41,288 nucleotides of DNA from Burkholderiales bacterium (GTDB lineage: Bacteria > Pseudomonadota > Gammaproteobacteria > Burkholderiales > SG8-39). Made by a program: the position numbers and the translations under genes. The stretch is taken from assembly GCA_964201515.1 (NCBI GenBank), contig CAXNGL010000002.1:1-41288 (forward strand). Direction: 5' to 3'. The notes below the pieces were generated by a model. That model ran no database searches and was not told where the DNA came from. It saw only the letters and a list, made by a program, of their open reading frames with translations. Of the stretch, positions 28,253 to 38,334 are shown piece by piece; the stretch's first letter is position 1; the number at the start of each line of letters is the position of its first letter.

Positions 28253-29277
28253 ATGCAAAGTCCCGAATGAAAACCATCGACATTGCGCACGAATCGCCCC
28301 GGGAACTGGAGCGCCTGCTGCGCGATCGCGGTTGGACGGACGGCCTGCCGATCCACCTCCCCACCAAGGAGCGCGTGGATGAGTTCATCGCCGCATCCGG
28401 CATGCGCCCAGACGAGATCATCGGCCATGTGGCGCCGCAGGGCGGCCTTGCCACCGTCGGCCTGATTGCGGTCAATGCCGTCATGGCGGGCTGCGAACCG
28501 GAGCACCTGCCGGTGGTTGTGGCCGCCGTGCGGGCGCTGCTGAAGGAGCCGTTCCGGCTGCACCTGGTGCAAGTCACTACCAATCCCCTCGCGCCGCTGG
28601 CCGTTGTCAACGGCCCGGCACGGCTGACCGCCAATGTGCGCTGGGGTCGCGAGGCCATGAGCCCGGGCCCGGGCGGCAACGGTCCGATCGGGCGCGCCAT
28701 CCGCTTCGTTCTAAGGAACATCGGCGGCATCGGCGAGGCCGACACGGCGACGTTCGGCAACCCGGCCAAGTACACCTTCGTGCTGGCCGAGGACGAAGCA
28801 GGCAGCCCCTGGGAACCCCTGCACGTGTGGCAGGGCTACCAGCGCGAAGACAGCGTCGTGACTGTGCTCGGCATCGAGGGATGCGTCGATGTGGTCCCCG
28901 AATCGGGAAGCACCACGGCCGAGAACCTGCTCAATCACCTGGGCCACGCCATGCAGACCATCAGCACCGGCGTCTGGTGGTCCAAGGGCAACCCGACCTT
29001 CGTCATCACGCCGCGCTATGCCGAATTGTTCGCCAACAAGGGCATGCGCCGCGCCGATGTGCAACTGGAATTGTGGGAGCGATCGAAAATCCCGGTGAAC
29101 TCGCTGCCGTTTTCGAACATCAACACCGGCGACTGGAAACTCGACGGCGATCGCATATTGGTGACCGCAGACCCGAAGGATATTTACATCATCGTTGCCG
29201 GATCGCCCGAGGGGCATCACGCGCTGTACATGCTGCCGTGCTGCCTGCCGATGGCGACGCATTCGAAAGTGAACTAG
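28249..29277 (+). CDS. uncharacterised family protein, paralog B (342 aa)
   Basis: MNAKSRMKTIDIAHESPRELERLLRDRGWTDGLPIHLPTKERVDEF...AVNAVMAGCEPEHLPVVVAAV... aligns by eye with paralog A. Its start is coupled to the stop of the TGA-containing gene. Confidence 0.8.
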   Translation: MNAKSRMKTIDIAHESPRELERLLRDRGWTDGLPIHLPTKERVDEFIAASGMRPDEIIGHVAPQGGLATVGLIAVNAVMAGCEPEHLPVVVAAVRALLKEPFRLHLVQVTTNPLAPLAVVNGPARLTANVRWGREAMSPGPGGNGPIGRAIRFVLRNIGGIGEADTATFGNPAKYTFVLAEDEAGSPWEPLHVWQGYQREDSVVTVLGIEGCVDVVPESGSTTAENLLNHLGHAMQTISTGVWWSKGNPTFVITPRYAELFANKGMRRADVQLELWERSKIPVNSLPFSNINTGDWKLDGDRILVTADPKDIYIIVAGSPEGHHALYMLPCCLPMATHSKVN

Positions 29278-29365
29278 TCGAGGCGCCTGACAGCAACATT
29301 GTCGGGCGCCCTGAGATTTCCCGCCATCGCGGCGCATTGATCGAATTTCCTGCGGAAGGAACACA

Positions 29366-30484
29366 ATGACGAAGAAAAGTTACTGCATCACGCTGCTGCC
29401 AGGCGATGGCGTCGGGCCGGAAATTACCGAGCAGGGCCGCAAGGCGCTGGCAGCGGCGGCGCAACGCTTCGGGTTCGACATCCGCTTCCAGCAGGGCTAC
29501 TTCGGCAACGCCGCCATTGAAAAATATGGCAGCAGCTTTCCCGCCGAGACGCTGGCGCTGTGCCAGGCATCCGACGCCATCCTGACCGGGGCGACCGGCG
29601 GGGTGACGGGCGCGACTGCCTACAAGCCCATGGACCCCAAGGGCGGCAAGCGCGGCCTGCACAAGGGGTTGGGGCTGACCGTCAACTTCCGGCCGGCGCG
29701 ATTGCTTCCGTCCTTGCATGCGTGTTCGGCGCTCAAGCCGGCGCTGGTCGCCTCGGGCGTGGACATGGTGGTCGTCAGGGACATTTCCGCCGGCCTTTGG
29801 ATGGGGACGCCACGCGGCTTGACCAAAACCGCCCGCGGTCGTTCGGCCGTCAATACGCTGAAATACAAGGAGTCCGAAGTCGCCCGCATCATGCGCGCCA
29901 GTTTCAGGCTTGCCGAGGGGCGCCGCAAGCGCCTGGACGTGGTCGCCCAGGACAACGTGCTGGAAACCTCGCAGTTATGGCGACAGGTGGCCATGGAAAT
30001 GGCCAGTGAATACCCGTCGGTGGAGGTCGAGCATCACTATCCGGATGCCTTTGGCCGGCTGCTGCTGATCAAGCCCGGCGATTTCGACGTCGTGGTCGTG
30101 GATCACATGTTCCTTGCCGGCGTATTCAACGACCAGTGCGGCCCCATCGTCGGCTCGCTCGGCATGATCCCGTCCGCCGACCTGCGCGTGAGCGCCAGCG
30201 GCAAGGCCAGCGGCTGCTTCGGGTTTTACGAGCCCGCGCACGGCAGCGTTCCGCACCGCGCGGGAAAAAACCAGGTCAACCCGCTGGCCACGGTACTCGC
30301 GGCAGCGCTGCTGTTGCGCTATTCCCTGCGCCAGGAAAGAGCCGCCAGCGCAGTCGAGCGCGCCGTGGATGCGGTAACGCTGCAATACCGCACCTACGAC
30401 ATCGCCGAACCCGGGACCACGCTGGTCGGCACCGCGGAAATGGGCGACGCCGTGGTCCGCGCCATCGCCGACATCAAGGCCTAG
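29366..30484 (+). CDS. isocitrate/isopropylmalate dehydrogenase family protein (LeuB/tartrate dehydrogenase-like)
   Basis: GGAAGGA SD before the ATG. The N-terminal ITLLPGDGVGPEIT is the hallmark of the beta-decarboxylating dehydrogenase family. Later motifs include VVRDISAGLW and YEPAHGSVPHRAGKNQVNPLA. Confidence 0.85.
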   Translation: MTKKSYCITLLPGDGVGPEITEQGRKALAAAAQRFGFDIRFQQGYFGNAAIEKYGSSFPAETLALCQASDAILTGATGGVTGATAYKPMDPKGGKRGLHKGLGLTVNFRPARLLPSLHACSALKPALVASGVDMVVVRDISAGLWMGTPRGLTKTARGRSAVNTLKYKESEVARIMRASFRLAEGRRKRLDVVAQDNVLETSQLWRQVAMEMASEYPSVEVEHHYPDAFGRLLLIKPGDFDVVVVDHMFLAGVFNDQCGPIVGSLGMIPSADLRVSASGKASGCFGFYEPAHGSVPHRAGKNQVNPLATVLAAALLLRYSLRQERAASAVERAVDAVTLQYRTYDIAEPGTTLVGTAEMGDAVVRAIADIKA

Positions 30485-30532
30485 TATCCGCCCCGACGCG
30501 CAGGGCAACCCTGATCGGGACAGCTTGCCCGA

Positions 30533-31150
30533 TCAGGCCTCGAGAACGCGCACCAGTTGCGCAAGCGAGGTGATCTCCAGCTTCATCATGATGCGGCTGC
30601 GATAGCCTTCCACGGTTCTTGCGCTCAGCGCGAGCTGCTCGGCAATGCCGCGCGTCGATCCGCCGTTGGCCAGCAGCTCGGCGATCTCCCGCTCGCGCCG
30701 CGTCAGGCGCGACACCAGGTCCATCGCCGAACGTTTCTGCGCCAGCGTTCGCCGACGCTCGTCGTCCACCGCCAACGCATCGAGGACACTGTCGATCAGT
30801 ACCTGGTCCTCGATGGGCTTCTCGAGGAAATCGAAAGCGCCCTGGCGCATGGCGCGTACCGCCATCCCCACGTCGCCATGACCGGTCATGAAAATCACCG
30901 GGATGCCGATTTCCTCTTCGGCGAGCCGCCGCTGCACTTCGATGCCGCTCATGCCAGGCATGCGCACATCGAGCAGGATGCAACCGGCGTGGTCCAACTC
31001 CGCCTTGAGGAAGGCCGCGGGGTTCTCAAACGCGACGGTCTCGAGGCCTACCGACTTGAGCAGCATGCCCACCGAACGGCGGATGCCCGCGTCGTCGTCG
31101 ACGATGAACACCGCGCGCACAGATTTTTCCGTCGCCACCGCTTCAGGCAT
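30533..31150 (-). CDS. response regulator, FixJ/LuxR (NarL) family
   Basis: ATG 31150 (MPEAVATEKSVRAVFIVDDDAGIRRS...). Receiver domain with DD...D...K, and a C-terminal LuxR HTH (LTRREREIAELLANGGSTRGIAEQLALSARTVEGYRSRIMMKL). It overlaps the kinase stop by 8 nt. Confidence 0.85.
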   Translation of the reverse strand: MPEAVATEKSVRAVFIVDDDAGIRRSVGMLLKSVGLETVAFENPAAFLKAELDHAGCILLDVRMPGMSGIEVQRRLAEEEIGIPVIFMTGHGDVGMAVRAMRQGAFDFLEKPIEDQVLIDSVLDALAVDDERRRTLAQKRSAMDLVSRLTRREREIAELLANGGSTRGIAEQLALSARTVEGYRSRIMMKLEITSLAQLVRVLEA

Positions 31151-33200
31151 GTGCGAGCTCGCGGCATTCAAGGGTGAACCAGAAGACGGCTCTCCCGTCG
31201 TCAGTGGTATCTGCATTGATTTCCTCCCCGTGCGCTTCGATGATGGACCTGCATACCGCCAGCCCCATTCCGACGCCATCCAGCTTGGTTGTAAAATACG
31301 GCTCGAACATCTGGGTTCGCGCCACTTCGTCGAGGCCGCTGCCGGTGTCGGTCACTTCGATTCTGGCCTTGCCTGAATCGCGCCTGAATGCCCGTACCGT
31401 GATTTCACGGATCCGAGAACGCGCCACCGCATCCATGGCGTTGTTCAGCAGGTTCAGCACCACCTGCACCAGCAGCGTAGCGTCTCCGGACACTTCGGGC
31501 AAGTCCGGATCGATGCTCACGTTGATGCGCGCCCTTTCCCGGCTCTTGCGCGTCGATGCGATGTCGATTGCGTGCTTGATCACATCATCGATGCGGATCC
31601 ACGAGCGCGCAATCCTGCGACCACCGACCAGGTCGCGGAACTTGCGCACGATGTCTGCCGCCAGGAGCGCGTGCGAGGCGGTGGCGCGCATCGCCTCACG
31701 GATGTCGGGGTCGATGCGCGTGTCCGCTTCCATCATGCGCAGGCACGCCTGGTTGTAGGTCACCACTGCGGCGAGCGGCTGGTTCAGTTCATGCGCGAGG
31801 CCCACCATGGCCTGGCCGACGCTCTCGGCCTGCGTCGCCCCGATCAGGCGGCTTTGCAGCAGGCGCAATTCTTCTTCCAGCGCGACGCGCCGCGACACGT
31901 CGCGGTCGAAGCCGCGCAGTCCTGCGCGCTCCCCGGCCAAGGAACGTATCGGCACCGAACTGCTCTCCAGGGTGATGCGCCGCCCCGACCGGTGCCGTGC
32001 CATACGCAACTGGACCCCTGCCGACACCTGCCCAGGAATGCCCGCCCCCCAGATCAGTTCCCCGCGCGTGCCGATCAGGTCTTCCGGGGCACAACCAAAC
32101 ATGGCGGCGCAGCTCGGGCTGCTGTAGGTATACACCCCGTTGGCGTCGGTTTCCCAGACCCAGTCTGGCGTTGTTTCCACCAGGTCGCGAAAGCGCTGCT
32201 CCCCGGCCAGCAGTGCGCCGGCCAGCCGCGATTGCGTTTCGCCGGCCTCGTGCCTGCGCCTGAGCAGGACGTGCGTACCCATGGTTACCAGCAGGATGAT
32301 GATTGTGCCGCCGACACCGAGCGCCACCGGCCATTCCGACTCGGCGGCGAACAGGCTTTCCTCATTGGCGGAGATCGACAGCTCCAGGGTCTCGCCCGCG
32401 AACTTGGTCAGCGTAGTCGAGTAGCGTGACTCCGGAACACCGGAGACCACTCTCGGGTTGCCCGGGCGCGCAACGGTTTGCCCTGCCCAACCACCCAGCG
32501 AAGCACCCAGCGCGGCATGCTTCACCGACACCGAATATCCCGGCGGGACCTGCAGCGTGCCCACGCGCTCGAGCATCCTTGTGAAGTCCAGCCACACGAC
32601 GATCCAGCAGCCCACCTGGTCGGCGGGCGCCAATACGGGAACAACCAGTGCGGGACCCGCTCCTGCCAGGCCATCGAATTCCTTCAGGCGTCGCAAGACG
32701 GGGGTTTGCTGCGCGGTGGACCGCCTTTCCAGCTCGGCGAATACGGCGCTGCCCCCCAGGTCGATCCTGGCCAACGAACCCTGCTCCGACTCGCCCATGC
32801 TGTACATCACCGAGTAGGGTCGTTCTGCCTCTCCCGGCTTCGGATGGTGCAACCCGCCCGGCAACGGTTTCGCCGGCACCGCCAGGATGGTCGCCCCGAT
32901 CCCGGCATACAGCTGCTTTTGCCGAGAACCCATGAACAGGCTGTCGAGCTGGGCCATGCTCAGCGTGGGCGACACCGCCAGCACATTGCGCCAGCGCTCC
33001 ACCAGTTCGAAATGGTCGGAAAGCGTCCCCCGAACGGCGTTGCCAATGCGCTCAACCGACAGTGCAAAGTTGAGCGCGCGTTCGCGCTCGGCCTCGGCCG
33101 ACGACAGCTGCACCGACACTGCAGTCAGAATGGTGAGCACCACGCCCACGCTGATGGTGATGAAGAGATCGCGCGGCGGAGTTCGGCTTGACGAAGTCAA
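31143..33200 (-). CDS. sensor histidine kinase, FixL-like (TM - extracytoplasmic domain - TM - PAS - HisKA - HATPase)
   Basis: H-box GLAHELNQPLAAV, PAS-like FRDLVETTPDWVWETDANGVYTYSSP, and G-boxes DTGSGL and GMGLAVCRSIIEAHGG. The start is uncertain. No ATG lies near the first TM, TTG 33200 is my best guess, and the frame stays open to 33311 inside a tandem repeat. Confidence 0.75.
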   Translation of the reverse strand: MTSSSRTPPRDLFITISVGVVLTILTAVSVQLSSAEAERERALNFALSVERIGNAVRGTLSDHFELVERWRNVLAVSPTLSMAQLDSLFMGSRQKQLYAGIGATILAVPAKPLPGGLHHPKPGEAERPYSVMYSMGESEQGSLARIDLGGSAVFAELERRSTAQQTPVLRRLKEFDGLAGAGPALVVPVLAPADQVGCWIVVWLDFTRMLERVGTLQVPPGYSVSVKHAALGASLGGWAGQTVARPGNPRVVSGVPESRYSTTLTKFAGETLELSISANEESLFAAESEWPVALGVGGTIIILLVTMGTHVLLRRRHEAGETQSRLAGALLAGEQRFRDLVETTPDWVWETDANGVYTYSSPSCAAMFGCAPEDLIGTRGELIWGAGIPGQVSAGVQLRMARHRSGRRITLESSSVPIRSLAGERAGLRGFDRDVSRRVALEEELRLLQSRLIGATQAESVGQAMVGLAHELNQPLAAVVTYNQACLRMMEADTRIDPDIREAMRATASHALLAADIVRKFRDLVGGRRIARSWIRIDDVIKHAIDIASTRKSRERARINVSIDPDLPEVSGDATLLVQVVLNLLNNAMDAVARSRIREITVRAFRRDSGKARIEVTDTGSGLDEVARTQMFEPYFTTKLDGVGMGLAVCRSIIEAHGEEINADTTDDGRAVFWFTLECRELAHA

Positions 33201-33270
33201 GGGGAATGATTCCTTCAGAACGAGAGGCAACCGGGATCGTAGCCGACGCCACGGGAACGGCAAGCCGGCA

Positions 33271-33330
33271 ACGCCGCGCAACGCCACGCAACACCACGCA
33301 ACACCACGCAACGCCGCGCAACGCCGCGAG
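33271..33330. repeat. 10-bp tandem repeat x6 (ACRCCRCGCA)
   Basis: Units acgccgcgca / acgccacgca / acaccacgca / acaccacgca / acgccgcgca / acgccgcgag sit directly upstream of the kinase gene. They are responsible for the odd MRGVAWCCV... ORFs in two frames. Confidence 0.85.
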
Positions 33331-33447
33331 CAGGCCTGCAGCTTTGGCGCAGATGATTGCTGCGCATTATCCCACCAGACGCGGCACCGTTACCCGGCGA
33401 ATCAATCCCTGGCGGACACCCCTGTATTGGCCCTGCTCAGCGGTGCG

Positions 33448-34062
33448 TCAAACCGCAGCCATGGCCAGCCACGTGCCAGCAAGGAGAAAAGGAACGCCGG
33501 CAAGTCGCAGCATGCCCAGGCGCGAGAGCGCGCTACCGATGGCCACGCCCGCTGCGTGCAACATCACCGTGGCCGCCGCGAACCCGGCCACGTATGGCCC
33601 AAGCGCAATGCCGGAGGGCAGTTCCGCGACATGCGCGGCGCCATGGAACAATGCGAACACCGCTGCGATGAGCACGCCTGCAGCCCGCGCGCGACTGCGA
33701 GCGACTATCAGAAGGCCGAGCACCAGCACCGATGCGGCAACCATGGGTTCGACCAGCGATTCAACCAACCATAGCGTCAACCCATCTGGCATCGCCATGC
33801 CGGCCAATACGCCCCCCACGCACATGGCCGATACAAAACCAAGGGGCAGCAGGTAGCGCCAGTGCCCGCCAAGCTGCACTGCCCACAGGCCCACTGCAAG
33901 CATGGCCAGCAGGTGATCAAGGCCAAGGAACGGGTGCGCAAATCCCCCCGGAAATCCCGCGCCGTGCAGAGGATGGGCCGAGGCGACGGAACTCGACATC
34001 ATTGCGCCGACCATCAAGACCATTTGAATAACCCGGCTGCCGGGAGTTGACTGCATTGTCAT
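33448..34062 (-). CDS. hupE: HupE/UreJ family nickel transporter
   Basis: AGGAG lies 7 nt before ATG 34062. A signal-like N-terminus ends in the mature HPLHGAGF...HPFLGLDHLLAMLAVGLW, the HupE/UreJ signature. It is the last gene of the urease cluster. Confidence 0.8.
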   Translation of the reverse strand: MTMQSTPGSRVIQMVLMVGAMMSSSVASAHPLHGAGFPGGFAHPFLGLDHLLAMLAVGLWAVQLGGHWRYLLPLGFVSAMCVGGVLAGMAMPDGLTLWLVESLVEPMVAASVLVLGLLIVARSRARAAGVLIAAVFALFHGAAHVAELPSGIALGPYVAGFAAATVMLHAAGVAIGSALSRLGMLRLAGVPFLLAGTWLAMAAV

Positions 34063-34109
34063 GACATCGCTCCTGTGAATGGTTGACACCTCGATAGACC
34101 GCCTTGCGC

Positions 34110-34736
34110 TCAGGCCTCGGTTTTGGTGCGCAGCATGCCCTGGGTCTCGATGAATTGCACGATGGTGGTGAGGCCGAGCCCGGTTTTCAGGTTCGAGAAC
34201 ACGAAGGGTTTGGCGCCGCGCATCTTGCGCGCGTCGCGGTCCATCACGTCGAGGGATGCACCCACCATGGGCGCGAGGTCGATCTTGTTGATCACCAGCA
34301 GGTCCGATTTCATGATGCCGGGCCCGCCCTTGCGCGGGATCTTGTCCCCCGCCGCAACGTCAATCACATACAGCGTAAGGTCGGACAACTCGGGGCTGAA
34401 GGTTGCAGCAAGGTTGTCGCCACCCGATTCGATGAAGATCACATCAAGATCGGTGAAGCTGCGATTGAGCCGCGCCACCGCCTCGAGGTTGATCGACGCA
34501 TCCTCGCGAATGGCGGTGTGGGGGCATCCGCCGGTCTCCACGCCGATGATGCGCTCGGGCGCCAGCGCCTGGTGGCGCACCAGGAACTGCGCATCCTCCT
34601 CGGTATAGATGTCATTGGTGACGACGCCGATGTTGTACCTGTCGCGCAGGGAGCGGCACAGCGCCAGGGTCAGCGCCGTCTTGCCGGATCCTACCGGGCC
34701 GCCAATGCCAACGCGCAAGGGTTGTACGGAACTCAT
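34110..34736 (-). CDS. ureG: urease accessory GTPase UreG
   Basis: The ATG 34736 start gives [23 protein letters not shown] (P-loop). Also present are [13 protein letters not shown] and the NKIDL motif. The ORF-track start at 34814 would overlap ureF. Confidence 0.95.
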   Translation of the reverse strand: MSSVQPLRVGIGGPVGSGKTALTLALCRSLRDRYNIGVVTNDIYTEEDAQFLVRHQALAPERIIGVETGGCPHTAIREDASINLEAVARLNRSFTDLDVIFIESGGDNLAATFSPELSDLTLYVIDVAAGDKIPRKGGPGIMKSDLLVINKIDLAPMVGASLDVMDRDARKMRGAKPFVFSNLKTGLGLTTIVQFIETQGMLRTKTEA

Positions 34737-34747
34737 TTCATGGTCCC

Positions 34748-35443
34748 TCAGGAGCGGAAAAGTCGTGAATACTGTGTTTCGTGGGTGCTGGATGCGATTG
34801 CAAGGCCGTGACAATAATTATTCATTTTATATATGTCAGTCGTGATTATGTCATCCAGATTGATCACAATTTCCGAACCCAGCCGGGACAGCAGGCGCTG
34901 CCCCTGGGTCTGCCCGAGCGGCACCGCCTTCAGCGCGGCCATGACCTGGTTCTCCAGCCACGACCACAGATAGGCGTTGAGGGCATTGCGCGCCGGAATG
35001 CGCCATTGCGCAGCGGCAAAGGTAAAGGCGGTGGGAAAGGCCGTTTCAGGGAGTGCCTGGAGCGACTTCAACGCACCCGCCTCCAGCCCATCCCCCTCGA
35101 CAGCCATGTCCCCGAGCAGGCGCGCCAGCGAGTAGCCCATCTGCAGGGTTTCAGCGCGCAGCTCCGCGGTTTCACGCGTGACGATGAAGCGCTCGTTCCA
35201 CTCGCTCACGCCGGCCATGTCGCCCCGCTCCCATGCCGCATACAGGTGCCACCAGACCGGTGCCTCGAGACGCACCATGCAATAGCGGAGCATGTCGCCG
35301 ATCCAGCGCTCGGCATCGTCTGCCGTCCTGACCACGCCCGATTCCACCGCCGCCTCGAGGCCCTGTGAATAGCTGTAGGCGCCGACCGGCAGCGCGGGAC
35401 TGGCCAGTTGCAGCAGGCGGATGAGTGCGAGGTCGTCGTTCAC
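34748..35443 (-). CDS. ureF: urease accessory protein UreF
   Basis: [30 protein letters not shown] is the typical UreF N-terminus, and the gene lies between ureE and ureG. Confidence 0.9.
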   Translation of the reverse strand: MNDDLALIRLLQLASPALPVGAYSYSQGLEAAVESGVVRTADDAERWIGDMLRYCMVRLEAPVWWHLYAAWERGDMAGVSEWNERFIVTRETAELRAETLQMGYSLARLLGDMAVEGDGLEAGALKSLQALPETAFPTAFTFAAAQWRIPARNALNAYLWSWLENQVMAALKAVPLGQTQGQRLLSRLGSEIVINLDDIITTDIYKMNNYCHGLAIASSTHETQYSRLFRS

Positions 35444-35470
35444 GATCAGTGGCCGATCACGCAGGTTGAA

Positions 35471-36202
35471 TCAGGGCTTGTGGCCGTGACCACAGTCCGG
35501 CCCATGCACATGACCATGTTCCTGCGCGGGGTCGTGCGCGGGGTCGTGCGCGTGGTCGTGATCGTGGGCGTGGTCGTGGTCGCGACTGGCCGCGCGCCCG
35601 TGATCATGCCCGCAATCGGGGCCGTGCACGTGGCCATGCGGCTGCGCCTGTTCGTGGCCATGTTCGTTATCGTTATCGTGGGCGTGATCATGGGCCTCGC
35701 CATAGTGATGGATCTTGCCCGGGCCGCTGCCCTCCTCGTGGTGACGATGCTCGGCGCCTTCTCCCGCGTGGCCGTACGCGCCCGCCTCCGGCTCGAAGGA
35801 CGCCTGCATCGGTGCGACGCTGGCGCCCAGCCCGGCCAGCATGTTTTCCAGCACATGGTCGGCCGCCAGGCGCAGGAATCCCTCGCCGACCTGCACCGCC
35901 ACGTGGCGGTTGCCCAGGTGGTAGGCCGCGCGCAACAGGTCTTCCGGCGTATCGCAGGTCACGTGCAGCACCGCCTCGGGTTCGGCGATCACTTCGATGA
36001 CGCGCCCGTCCGAGGCAACCACGAGGTCGCCGCCGCGCAACACGTCACCGCGCGGCAGCATCAGGCCGACCTCTTCACCGGAAGCCAGCCGCGCCAGCAG
36101 GCGCGTCTTCTGGCGTGCATCGAACGGCAGAGTCAGCTCCCCCTTGACCACGATGTTGTAGGCGCCGCGGGAGGCTTTCAGTTTCTTTCGAATCTCGATC
36201 AT
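35471..36202 (-). CDS. ureE: urease accessory (nickel chaperone) UreE with long His-rich tail
   Basis: UreE core ([17 protein letters not shown]...[10 protein letters not shown]) followed by a tail of about 99 aa rich in His, Asp and Gly. Confidence 0.9.
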   Translation of the reverse strand: MIEIRKKLKASRGAYNIVVKGELTLPFDARQKTRLLARLASGEEVGLMLPRGDVLRGGDLVVASDGRVIEVIAEPEAVLHVTCDTPEDLLRAAYHLGNRHVAVQVGEGFLRLAADHVLENMLAGLGASVAPMQASFEPEAGAYGHAGEGAEHRHHEEGSGPGKIHHYGEAHDHAHDNDNEHGHEQAQPHGHVHGPDCGHDHGRAASRDHDHAHDHDHAHDPAHDPAQEHGHVHGPDCGHGHKP

Positions 36203-36279
36203 GAAGGGGCTCTTTCCTGGTCAATGCCGCTCTTCTTCTTTCGCAGCGGAGTGACGCAGTCTACGTTTGAATCGATGGA

Positions 36280-37983
36280 TTAGAAAAGGAAGTAACGCTG
36301 GGCCATGGGCAGCACCTTGGCAGGCTCGCACACCAGGGCGTGGCCGTCGGCCTTGACCACGTAGGTTTCAGGATCCACCTCGATCTTCGGCTGCGCATCA
36401 TTGAGCAGCATGTCCTTCTTGCCGATGTTGCGGCAGTTCGATACCGCCAACAGCGGTTTCCTCAGGCCCAGGGCCGCCACGGCCGGATTTTCCAGCGCCG
36501 CCTGCGACACGAAGGTGACCGAGGTGGCCAGCGCACCACCGAAGGCACCGAACATCGGCCGATAGTGCACCGGCTGCGGCGTCGGGATGGAGGCGTTCGG
36601 GTCGCCCATGGCCGCCGCCGCGATCATGCCGCCCTTGAGGATCAGCGAGGGCTTGGCGCCGAAGAAGGCCGGCTTCCAGAACACCAGGTCGGCCAGCTTG
36701 CCCACCGTGATCGAGCCCACTTCGTGCGCCACGCCATGGGCGAGCGCCGGGTTGATGGTGTACTTGGCGATGTAGCGCTTGACCCGCGCGTTGTCGGCGC
36801 GCGCCGAGTCCCCCGGCAGCGCGCCGCGCTGCGTCTTCATCTTGTGCGCCGTCTGCCAGGTGCGGATGATGACCTCGCCCACGCGGCCCATGGCCTGGGA
36901 GTCCGAGGACAACATGGAGAAGGCCCCCAGGTCGTGGAGGATGTCCTCGGCGGCAATGGTTTCGCGGCGGATGCGCGACTCGGCAAATGCCACGTCTTCG
37001 GCGATCGACGGATCCAGGTGGTGGCATACCATGAGCATGTCGAGGTGCTCATCCAGCGTATTCACCGTGTAGGGTCGCGTCGGGTTGGTGGATGAGGGCA
37101 GCACATTGGGCAGGCCGCAGACGCGAATGATGTCAGGCGCATGGCCACCGCCGGCGCCCTCCGTGTGATAAGTGTGGATGGTGCGGCCTTTGAAGGCGGC
37201 GATCGACGCCTCCACGAAACCGGACTCGTTCAGCGTGTCGGTGTGGATGGCCACCTGCACGTCCATCTCGTCGGCGACACCCAGGCAGCAGTCGATGGCC
37301 GCCGGCGTGGTGCCCCAGTCCTCGTGCAGCTTCAGGCCCATGGCGCCGGCCGTGACCTGCTCGCGGAGGGCCTCGGGCAGGCTGGCGTTGCCCTTGCCGA
37401 GAAAGCCCAGGTTCATCGGAAAGGCCTCGGCCGCCTGCAACATGCTGGTGATGTGCCACGGGCCTGGCGTGCAGGTGGTGGCGAAAGTGCCGGTGGCGGG
37501 GCCCGTGCCGCCGCCGATCATGGTGGTAACGCCGGACATCAGCGCTTCCTCGATTTGCTGCGGACAGATGAAGTGGATGTGCGAGTCGATGCCGCCGGCA
37601 GTGACGATCATGCCTTCGCCGGCGATGATCTCGGTGCCCGGCCCGATGACGATGGTGATGGCCGGCTGGATATCCGGGTTGCCGGCCTTGCCGATGGCGG
37701 CGATGCGGCCGTCCTTGATGCCGATGTCGGCCTTGACGATGCCCCAATGGTCGATGATGAGCGCGTTCGTGATCACCGTGTCGGCGACGTATTTTGAGGC
37801 GCGCTGGCTCTGGCCCATGCCGTCGCGGATGACCTTGCCGCCACCGAACTTCACTTCCTCGCCGTAAGTGGTGAAATCCTTTTCGACCTCGACCCACAGG
37901 TCGGTATCGGCCAGGCGCACGCGGTCGCCCGTGGTGGGCCCGAACATTTCGGCATAGGCACGCCGGGAGATTTTCACACTCAT
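36280..37983 (-). CDS. ureC: urease alpha subunit UreC
   Basis: 567 aa. [29 protein letters not shown]..., active-site blocks [23 protein letters not shown] and MVCHHLD. Confidence 0.98.
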   Translation of the reverse strand: MSVKISRRAYAEMFGPTTGDRVRLADTDLWVEVEKDFTTYGEEVKFGGGKVIRDGMGQSQRASKYVADTVITNALIIDHWGIVKADIGIKDGRIAAIGKAGNPDIQPAITIVIGPGTEIIAGEGMIVTAGGIDSHIHFICPQQIEEALMSGVTTMIGGGTGPATGTFATTCTPGPWHITSMLQAAEAFPMNLGFLGKGNASLPEALREQVTAGAMGLKLHEDWGTTPAAIDCCLGVADEMDVQVAIHTDTLNESGFVEASIAAFKGRTIHTYHTEGAGGGHAPDIIRVCGLPNVLPSSTNPTRPYTVNTLDEHLDMLMVCHHLDPSIAEDVAFAESRIRRETIAAEDILHDLGAFSMLSSDSQAMGRVGEVIIRTWQTAHKMKTQRGALPGDSARADNARVKRYIAKYTINPALAHGVAHEVGSITVGKLADLVFWKPAFFGAKPSLILKGGMIAAAAMGDPNASIPTPQPVHYRPMFGAFGGALATSVTFVSQAALENPAVAALGLRKPLLAVSNCRNIGKKDMLLNDAQPKIEVDPETYVVKADGHALVCEPAKVLPMAQRYFLF

Positions 37984-38312
37984 TTTTCCGCCCCCTTCCC
38001 GCCGGTCTTCAGCGCACCCATCACCTTACCCTGGAAGCCATAGACCTTGCGGTCGCCCGCCAGGGCCACCAGCTTCACGGTGCGCGACTGGCCCGGCTCG
38101 AAACGCACCGCGGTGCCGGCCGCGATGTCAAGGCGCATGCCGTAGGCCGCCTCGCGCTCGAACTTGAGCGCATCGTTGGTCTCGAAGAAGTGATAGTGGG
38201 AGCCGACCTGGATCGGCCGGTCTCCGGAATTGGCGACCTTCAGGGTTGCCGTCCGGCGGCCGACGTTGAGCTCGATGTCGCCGGCGACGGTTTCGATTTC
38301 TCCTGGAATCAT
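37980..38312 (-). CDS. ureB: urease beta subunit UreB
   Basis: MIPGEI...[19 protein letters not shown].... ATGA overlap with the ureC start. Confidence 0.95.
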   Translation of the reverse strand: MIPGEIETVAGDIELNVGRRTATLKVANSGDRPIQVGSHYHFFETNDALKFEREAAYGMRLDIAAGTAVRFEPGQSRTVKLVALAGDRKVYGFQGKVMGALKTGGKGAEK

Positions 38313-38334
38313 GGCTGCGCTCCGTGCAAGGCGT

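Noticed and set aside
17352-33330. Possibility that the short tandem repeats (9 bp x5, 12 bp x3, 10 bp x6) are CRISPR-like arrays
   Set aside because: The units are contiguous with no spacers and far shorter than CRISPR repeats, and no cas genes are present.
33344-33361. Sigma54-like TGGCGC-N6-TTGCT
   Set aside because: The GG-to-GC spacing is one nt longer than the strict -24/-12 spacing. The motif also points along the plus strand, where no gene follows.
35408-36283. 291-aa plus-strand ORF
   Set aside because: It is antisense to ureE. Its V/M/H-rich repeats are the mirror image of the His-rich tail codons.
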